This document shows positions 56,004 through 64,000 of a stretch of DNA of 64,000 bases, piece by piece. Made by a program: the position numbers and the translations under genes. Origin of the DNA: Monocercomonoides exilis PA203. Lineage: Eukaryota > Protista > Preaxostyla. The notes under the pieces are model-generated. The model ran no database searches. It had not been told where the DNA came from and saw nothing but the letters and a program-made list of their open reading frames with translations. The stretch is from positions 248,001 to 312,000 of the forward strand of contig LSRY02000034.1 of the NCBI GenBank assembly GCA_001643675.2. Direction: 5' to 3'. Every line of letters starts with the position of its first letter. Position 1 is the first letter of the stretch.

Positions 56004-57532
56004 TCATGAACATCACTTAAAAATAATTTTGCAGCAAATAGTCCATTCTCTCAAAATGCAATCTAGCCCAAAATTTTGTGAAAATAACTTTTTCTCTTTT
56101 AAATTGAAAATTGTTATGTGCATTAATTATTGTCCAATGTGAAAGTTACATTTTTGAACCTTTATATTTTTTTCTGAAAATTTATAAAATTTAAATAAAT
56201 TTCTTTACCCATGAAAATAAAAGATATTTTCATTTTGAATGCAAAAATTCTTATTTTAAATAGTTATTGGCATTGTTAACAAAAGTTTATTCGAAAATTG
56301 AAACGAAAAATTTATTATAGCAAACAATTTAAGTGCAATATTTATTATTTTTGTTATCAAACAATAGGTGCAATACTAATAGGCGAAATTACCCACTATT
56401 GAAAATGTGAAAAAAGTGAAAAGAAATATTTTCAATAAATTATATCATGTCTTTTTATTGAAGAAATGCGATAAATGAAAAGCTTGAGTGATTGTCGAAT
56501 TTTTTGAATCGAAAAAAGACTTCAACACTTGTCAAATGTTTTATCAATATAAACTAATTATGGATTTCTTTGAATTGTTTTTAAAAACGAGCAAATCGAA
56601 AACAACAACTTAGTATGTTCTGTGCTTTAACTTGTCGCATTCTGTTTCATCGATATTTTTTATTTCATCTGAAAAAAGAAAAAAAAGTTAATTGAAAAAA
56701 AAATTAAAAATTCAAACTTCCATTTGTTCATAAATATTATTGACAGCCAAGGTATCCAAAAACATGTTGCAAGAACTGTTTTCTTGTCTTTTGCTTCCCA
56801 AAGAATCCATTCTCAGTCAAATTTCGGAATATCAAACTGCATGCGGAGGAAAACTTTTGCAAAACAAGGACAAGAGACATTCCATGCGGTTTGTGTGAGT
56901 GTTTGTGTCTTTTTTTTTATAGATGTCTTTTTGTAGTTGTCAATTCAATGTCTGAAACCTCGATTTCACATTCCGTTGTTGGCCCGCCAGCTGTCGCTGT
57001 GGATGATTGAGCCTGGTGCAATGTTTCTTCTCACTGATGGATGAAAAGAATCCTTTTTAATGTTAGAAACCATTTCCATAAACATTTTTCTTTTTCTTTT
57101 TCCAGTTTCAAACAAATCTGTTCCATTAAAAACACATTGCTGAAATTAATTCTTTCTTTTTTTATATTATCTTCGATACAATAACGATTCATCTATTTGA
57201 ACTATTCTATTAACTACTTCAATTCATCTATTTATGATTTGCATTTTCCGAAAGACTACGCTCCTGAAAGTTGGAATAAATATTGCAAACAGTGTTTTTG
57301 TTAATATTTGTGAGCATAGTCGTTTGTTTTGCAGTTCAGCGTATCCAGAATAATAGTGATTGTTTCACAGATTGATGGGATTTAATACAAATGTTACTTA
57401 AACTGAACTTTTCCTGCAACAAACAAAATGGTGCTGGCAGCTGTGGCGAAATCTATTATCTGCATCTTTTTGGAATTCAAGCATCCTTTTGCATTTGCTT
57501 CAGAAAATCCTCTTCTTGACTCTTTTTCTTTC

Positions 57533-57533
<1 letters not shown>

Positions 57534-57566
<33 letters not shown>

Positions 57567-57592
57567 AAAAAAAAAAAAAAAAAAAAAAAAAA
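57534..57592. repeat. (CA)n microsatellite fused to poly(A)
   Basis: Directly visible. Confidence 0.9.
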
Positions 57593-58427
57593 GGAAAAGA
57601 AAAGATAAAGATAAACACAATTGTTTATCTTCATTGGAATGTCTTTGACTCAATGTGAATAATCATTTTTCATGATTATTAATATCCGTTATACATAATG
57701 AGTCATGTCTTCTCGTATGGATTGTACATATATAATGGTCATTTGAATTGAATTTTGGATTTGTTTCAACAACATTTATTTCCTTTCAAGACTCAACTAA
57801 AAAAAAAACACAAAATAATTTTGTCCAAGAATTATAAATTCAAACAGTTCATGGAATTGTATTTAAACGAAATGTTTGAACATCTGATGATTTTTTAAGA
57901 ATAAAATTTTTCATTGAAGATTTAAAAGCGTAAAATCCTTCTTTTGAATTTCGATTAGAAATTTTGCTAATAAAGGTGATAACATTTATCATATTAGTTA
58001 AAAAAACAAAAAAGAAAATTTTTGTCAACAGCGAGAATATTGAAGAAGATATATTAATTGATAATTGATTTCTTGAATATAGAAGATAATTATTGAAATC
58101 ATATTTTTTCTAACAAACGTTCATGTTTGACAATTTTGTTATGAATTCTAATTATTGAATACAAAAAGGTTAAATATCAATTCAATGACACCATTTCAAT
58201 TTTTTCATTTGAAACAAAACCTTATATAATTGTTAAGCATTTATTATTTTTAAAGAATAATTATTTTTTGAAGTCACAAAAGAAAACATTTCAAATAGAA
58301 AAAAAGTTTTTAATTTTGATCATTTTTTTGTTCACATTCACGAAACATCACTTCAATGGAAATCATTATTTGATGATGCTGTTGTACATATTCTTGCATA
58401 TGAAAATTAGTAATAACAGAAATATAA

Positions 58428-58681
58428 TCAAGATGGGTAATTCTTTTTGAAAAGTCGCAAATGTTTTATTTTCGAATACATTAAAAATTTCATATTTTGC
58501 TCATATTTCTGTTTACCCAAACGAATCTATTTCAGAATGAATGAAACAGCATTATCCAGAAATAGCTTCCATATTGGTGAAGTTTGATGTTCTCTTTCTA
58601 ATAATTTTAAAAAATATGAAATTTTTGATTTATATGAAAATTAAACATTTGCGACTTTTCAAAAAGAATTACCCATATTGA
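58428..58681. repeat. ~255-bp palindromic MITE-like element
   Basis: atgggtaattctttttgaaaagtcgcaaatgttt and aaacatttgcgacttttcaaaaagaattacccat are perfect inverted repeats. Pairing extends imperfectly to ~70 bp. Confidence 0.8.
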
Positions 58682-59409
58682 AAATTTTATCTTAAAAACT
58701 TCCTTTTATTTTGGTTTCAAATCCAGTCAAAATAGGATATGGGCGATTTTTTTTGATATCATAAAAAAAGATCAAAAATCGAAAAAATAAAATTTATAAC
58801 GGTATTTATTGATCATAGGGAAAAATTGATTTTTTGCAAGTATTTAACTTTTATTTCTGTTATAAATATTTGTTATATTTTCATATGCAAAAACCACACC
58901 TCTTTTATGTTTAGAGAGAAAATGGGAAATTTCAGATCAAGTTTTTTTTAAAATTTTAAAAAACGAATAAATAAAACTTCAAAATGAAAAAGTTAAGTTT
59001 CTCAACTTTCCAAACAGTACTAATAATTGGAAAATAAAAATGAAAAGATATTGGAAAAGTCAAAAATATGTATAAATTTTTTCTTTTTTATTTTTTATTA
59101 TTTTTTTTGATATTCAAAAAAAGAGAACAGTTCGTTATCTATTATTAATTATGTTTCAACATAACAAATTATCCGTTCCAGTCTAGTGATTCAGTAACTG
59201 GATGGAATTGTGGAAAAGTAAATATTGCTAAGAACAACAGTTGATTCAAATTCTTCTATTTCTCTCTCTTCTCCTGATCTTATCACTTATTGACTTCTCT
59301 CTCCATCCTCTTTGTTCTTCGTCCAAAATTTTCCATTATTGTTTCTTTGAAATTCTCATTCAACATACGCCCTCTATCGCTCCTTTATATACAATGGAAT
59401 TCATTCCAT

Positions 59410-59887
59410 TCATCCTTCGTTTCTTCTTCTCTCTTCTTTCATTTCTTCATTAATTGCCAACTCCCCTGCCCCCTCCCTCTCCCTCACCAACTGCACAATC
59501 GCCAACATCGACTCAGCTCCACAACGCCAACAGATTCCCACCAATGGCGGGTGCATCTCATTCGCCTCATCTGTCTCTGCCAACACATTTTCTGTGAGTG
59601 ACACCACCTTCTCCACCTGCTCTGTGAGCGAAGATACAAGTTCTGGAGGAAGAGGAGGTGCTCTCATGATCGAGTTCAAGGATGATTCAGAAGTGTCATC
59701 CACAACCTTTTCCATCACCAATATCGTGTTTTCAGCCAACAAACCCAGCGTCGGAAGAGATATGTATTTTGTGTGTGAATCCCTTGTCGCTTCTGTGAAG
59801 GAACCCTTGTTCGCCTTCATGGGAAACATCACTCAGAAAGACAACTCTGTTGTTGGACATGATAGAAGCAATTGGAACTTCGATTAA
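59410..59887 (+). pseudogene. Fragment of a beta-helix-like surface/adhesin protein family
   Basis: One frame reads SLSLTNCTIANI...NGGCISF...VSDTTFSTCSVS...GGRGGAL...FSANKPSVGRDMYFVC, a GG(A/C)/FxxC/FxxN repeat pattern. It has no start and ends abruptly. Confidence 0.55.
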
Positions 59888-60849
59888 TAAATCTTTATCA
59901 ACGGGTATGCAGCTAACAATGAATATGTGAATGGTCATCTTTGCATCAAAGCAATGTATTGCGAGTTGGAAAAGACTCCCTACAAGAGTGCGCACAATGC
60001 GATGGGTTTTCTGAAGAAGGTGCAATAGAATGTTGCGCAGATAAAGACAAAGAAGACAAGGAAGCTGAAGGTGAAGAGGAAGATGCAGTTGAAGCAACAG
60101 AATAGTTTTTGTGTGTATAATACGAAAAGATATTATGAAAGTTGATTCATGCTATTTCTTATCTTTGAAACTCTTTCTTTCTCTCTCAATTTCTCCTCCT
60201 TCATCTTCTTCTTCTCTTTTGGAGAGCTCTTTATCCAGCAAAAGAAGAAATTTGCAGAAAGCGTTGAAAGTGGAAGGAGGTCGAGAAGGAGGAAAGAGAA
60301 GAAGAAGGATTAGAATAAGAGAATGAGGAGGAAGAGATGAGAATGATGCTACTTCCAATACCCACCTGATGCTAACAGCATCATCATCAGAGTACGATAC
60401 AATTAAGGGGGACTGGGAAATGAACGACGCAAAAGAAAAGGAAGAAGAAGAAGAAGGTATTGATGATGAAGAGAAGATATCTAAAGTGGACTCTGAAAAG
60501 AGAAAGCCAGCGTGTGTGGAAAGGAGGCAGTCATCGGCATCACCGAAATATCTGTTGAAGCAAATGGTGCGGTGGAGATGGCACATTGTTCAGTCTTTTT
60601 TTTCTGTTCTGTTTCCAATGGCAGCAGAAACTCTGAGAAGCTATCCTGGAAGAGATCCGCAGTCCATGCTTCGCGATCGAAACTGATAAAAAAAAGTGAT
60701 TAAATGAGAGATGATTCATATGAAAGAATATTATTAGATTGAATTAATTGAAATAAAATATTGAAAAAAATTAATTTGCAAACAAGAAATGGAATAAAAG
60801 CAAAAAATAACAAATGATAGAATAATACAGAAAACCTTATAAAATGAGG

Positions 60850-62176
60850 AATTGTGCCTTCATTGTTTCTCACACAGAGTTTTATGGAGATTGTTTGTGT
60901 AGGTCACAACAGAGTGGAAAGATTTGGCGTCTCTATGATTATTATGCAGAGGCAGTTCAGACAGGCATTTCGATGCAGGTTGTCAATGCATACACTCACA
61001 AAATGACCAATGCGATCAACTAACAAATCCCTGTCAAGAATGTCTGTTCACAAGAAAAAGAGAAAAATAAAAGCAAATAGTTCAAAATTTTCAAAAGAAT
61101 ATGAAATTAAAAATAAAAATAAGCAATTTATTATAAATTGATAATATTTCTTTGTTAAATAAAAAGAAAATAAACACAAACATTTATTCCAATCTTCTCC
61201 ATCACCAACATTGATCCGTTTGAAATTCTGTTTTTTCTCTCGTCGAGCTCAGAACATCCGCAGCCTTTGGCTCTCATCTCTTTCCTAAAATCTTTCTTCT
61301 TTGAAAATCTAGTCAATCTTGTATGTTAATAGCTAATTTCCCCCAAAGATAGACATTTTCATTTACAAGTCTCATAAAGCTTGCTGCACTGGGCGCGTCC
61401 AACTTCGCCTCTTCGACTGTTTCCTTGTTCTGTGACGTGAACTAAGTCTGCTTTTCATTCGCAATCCTCTTTGGCTATATGATAAACTTCTACGCCTGTG
61501 TTTCTACCCTGCTCGAATCAGACAACAAAAAATCCAACTCAGACTGGTAGATTCCACTGAAGCTTCCATTTCCCCTCTTCTCTGCTGCTTCCACCACATT
61601 CTTCTCTATCTGGTCCGTGTTATCGCAAAATTCCAACCACACGAAGCTTCCATACTCTCTTCCATTGCGCCTGTCCATGCAGCGCAGAAAGCGGCACTTT
61701 CAAGAGATCTTTGCAATGGTGCCTGTGAATAAGATGAGCGGGTCATTCGCCTCAAATTTCTCATCCGTTACCGACGACCGGCCATTCCAAATCGAGTTCT
61801 CATTCTGTTCATAGAACAGATTCATTTTCACATCCTACACCACACACGAAACAAACAGTGAGCATTCGATGTTAACCTGAGGAATCTCAGGAGCCCACTC
61901 CTTCTACTGCTTCTTCCGAAATAAATCTATCGCGAACTGAGGGTCAGACGAAGGCCTCGGTGATGGAGCGCACAGAAAGCTGTCGCGAAAAGCACACAAA
62001 GTATTCTGTACATGTTGCGAGTATTGGATGACGTTAATCTCCTCCATTTCTGAGTCTGCTCCGTCACTCCCATCAAACCTCCTTTGCGCCACAAGCACTG
62101 TCAGCGCACCTTCCTCTCCTTCTCTTCCCGGATTATCGACCCTTTGCCTCTCTTTCTTCTTCTTCTTCAGCAGCAA
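60850..62176 (-). pseudogene. Decayed coding sequence of unknown family
   Basis: Higher-GC, protein-like frame (ORFs 61904-62176 and 61490-61678 are in the same frame) interrupted by multiple stops. Confidence 0.3.
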
Positions 62177-63809
62177 TTGTAATTAGCAGATATTGTCAAT
62201 TTCGGATTTTTTGTTCTCAAAAATTGAACCAACTTCAGCTAAATATGTTTTGTGACTGGACCAGGAGGAAGATCCATATGTTTCATCTGCATTTGCTGCT
62301 TTTTTTTACAACTTCCATCGCTAACAAGCTTGGTCCCATTCTGCTCGTGCTGTCCTATGAAGATAACAATCCACCAGAAATCAAAGCATTTTATATTCCT
62401 TCACCTCCTTCGTCTCTCTCTCTTCTGCTTGAAAGAAAGCCATCATCCATTTTTCCTAAATCTCCCGCTTCGCCTCCACAGTCAGCTCATTCTCTGGGAA
62501 TCTTTTCATTCATCTTCCGCTTGTCTTTCTCCTTAGTGGATGTCTTCTCAAACATTCGAGTTAGTTCGTTGTGAAAATTCTCCGGAGCTGCAACATGCTT
62601 TGCATTCTCTTCTTCTTCTTCTTTTCTTCTTCTTCTTCCTTCCTTTCTGTTATTACCTTTTCCATCATTTTCTTTTCGTGAAGGCATTGGAGGAAGGTTT
62701 GTTTTCATCAAAAAACCAGAAATTTGGAAGAGGAAGAAGAAGAAGAAGACAGAAGAAGAAGAAGAATGGAAGACGAAGACGAAGAGGAAGAAGAAGAAGT
62801 GAAAGAAGACTTTTTATCATTTTCTTTAAGAAGTTTGTTGGTAATTTTGATTATATCGAAAAGAAGAAGAAAGAAAAGGAGAAGATAAAGATTGCGGAAA
62901 ACAGCGGACGAACGGAATGATGTGAAAAGGTTGCTTAATCGTTGTGCTGAGAAAGCAAGCATATAAGGTGATTGTTTTTGAAGATGAGAGACGAAGAATA
63001 GGAAGGCAAAGAGGATGAGGAAGACGATGAAACATATTAACAAAATGAACACATTCTGAATTTTGTGGAGAAAAAGAAGACTGAAAGGAAGAGAAGACGA
63101 CTACGATAAAGACGAAGGAAACGAATATGAAAGAAGAGGAAGAAGAAGAATTATACGAGCAAAAAATGGATTTGAAGACATTTTCAGCAGGAGTAGAATG
63201 CATTGTTGTGGTGCAATCGGAATAAGTCATATTTGAAAATCTCAGCAAACAGGAAAAAGTGAAATCCTCGTGATGCAAAAGAAGAATATTATATCGCATC
63301 AGCGTTGTGGATGAATGAAATGTTGAAGCTTCAAACTGGTGCATGATTGAAATAGTTATATTTCAAATGACTAAGAAGAATAAGAGCATGAAGACTCAAA
63401 TTCTATTTGATATTTGATGTCTGTTATAAGCATCAAATGTTCTATATATTGAAATGCGAACAAAATTGTTGTTCTGTCACTGAACACAATGAATCTCCAT
63501 ATAAAAATTCGATGAAAAAAATGCAGTTTCAGATGCATTTCTGAAAGATGAATTATTATTCTTTCATTTTCACTGATATTCTATCTCGGGCTGACAAATT
63601 ATTTATGAAAAAAATCGTATTGGTTGCTATTATTGCAGCTTTTTTAATAGAAATAAAATGAGAATATGGTTCAAACACATTAATTGCTTTGTGCTTTGCT
63701 CACAAAAATATCCACATGAAAATTAATGCATATTTATTTTTGACACAATAAAATACAAAAAATTATAAATACGTTCGATTTTCCTGAAAATATGTGAAAT
63801 TAAAAATCT

Positions 63810-63928
63810 CGATCACAAAAGTGGTCACTAATTTTTCTTCGGATTTTGCAACAAACAAACATTAAAAGATGTGGGGAAGCTGTCTGCGTGGAAATCTGAG
63901 AAAAAATTAGTGACCACTTTTGTGATCG
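63810..63928. repeat. 119-bp element bounded by perfect 27-bp inverted repeats
   Basis: cgatcacaaaagtggtcactaattttt / aaaaattagtgaccacttttgtgatcg. Confidence 0.85.
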
Positions 63929-64000
63929 CCAGTCATTTGGTAAAACACTTTTATTAAGGTTCTCATCAGATTTGATCCGTTGAATGATCGAAACTATAAT

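Noticed and set aside
56340-56394. Right TIR of the Merlin element (…ggcgaaattaccc)
   Set aside because: No convincing inverted partner or TSD was found on the other side of the transposase.
56700-57520. Multi-exon gene
   Set aside because: Some exon-like and intron-like alternation is present, but I found no consistent frame or recognisable product.

Overview
This is AT-rich eukaryotic (protist) genomic DNA with short spliceosomal introns and the standard genetic code. The expanded orphan gene families and composition resemble the oxymonad Monocercomonoides; this is an inference, not a database result. The main feature is a structurally complete ~7.55 kb DIRS1-type tyrosine-recombinase retrotransposon on the minus strand (5084-12639). 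It has very short inverted termini and an internal complementary region that spells out the circle junction. It integrated at a GAATT micro-homology inside a host exon. It carries three nested reading frames (gag-like; RT/RNase H/degenerate methylase; tyrosine recombinase), with candidate recoding signals: an AUGA stop/start overlap and a UUU_CGU motif followed by a hairpin for +1 frameshifting. A 43-unit, 36-bp minisatellite inside it is open in all six frames and has compensating indels. Around it are three paralogues of an orphan gene family, each damaged in a different way, several palindromic MITEs, and decayed pogo-like and Merlin/ISXO2-like DNA transposases. A central block of host genes (24.7-51.6 kb) encodes a large low-complexity protein, a long-chain acyl-CoA synthetase, a Nab2/ZC3H14-type zinc-finger protein, MLH1, a kinase-like fragment, a huge Ser-rich Yak1/DYRK-like pseudokinase and a two-RRM protein.
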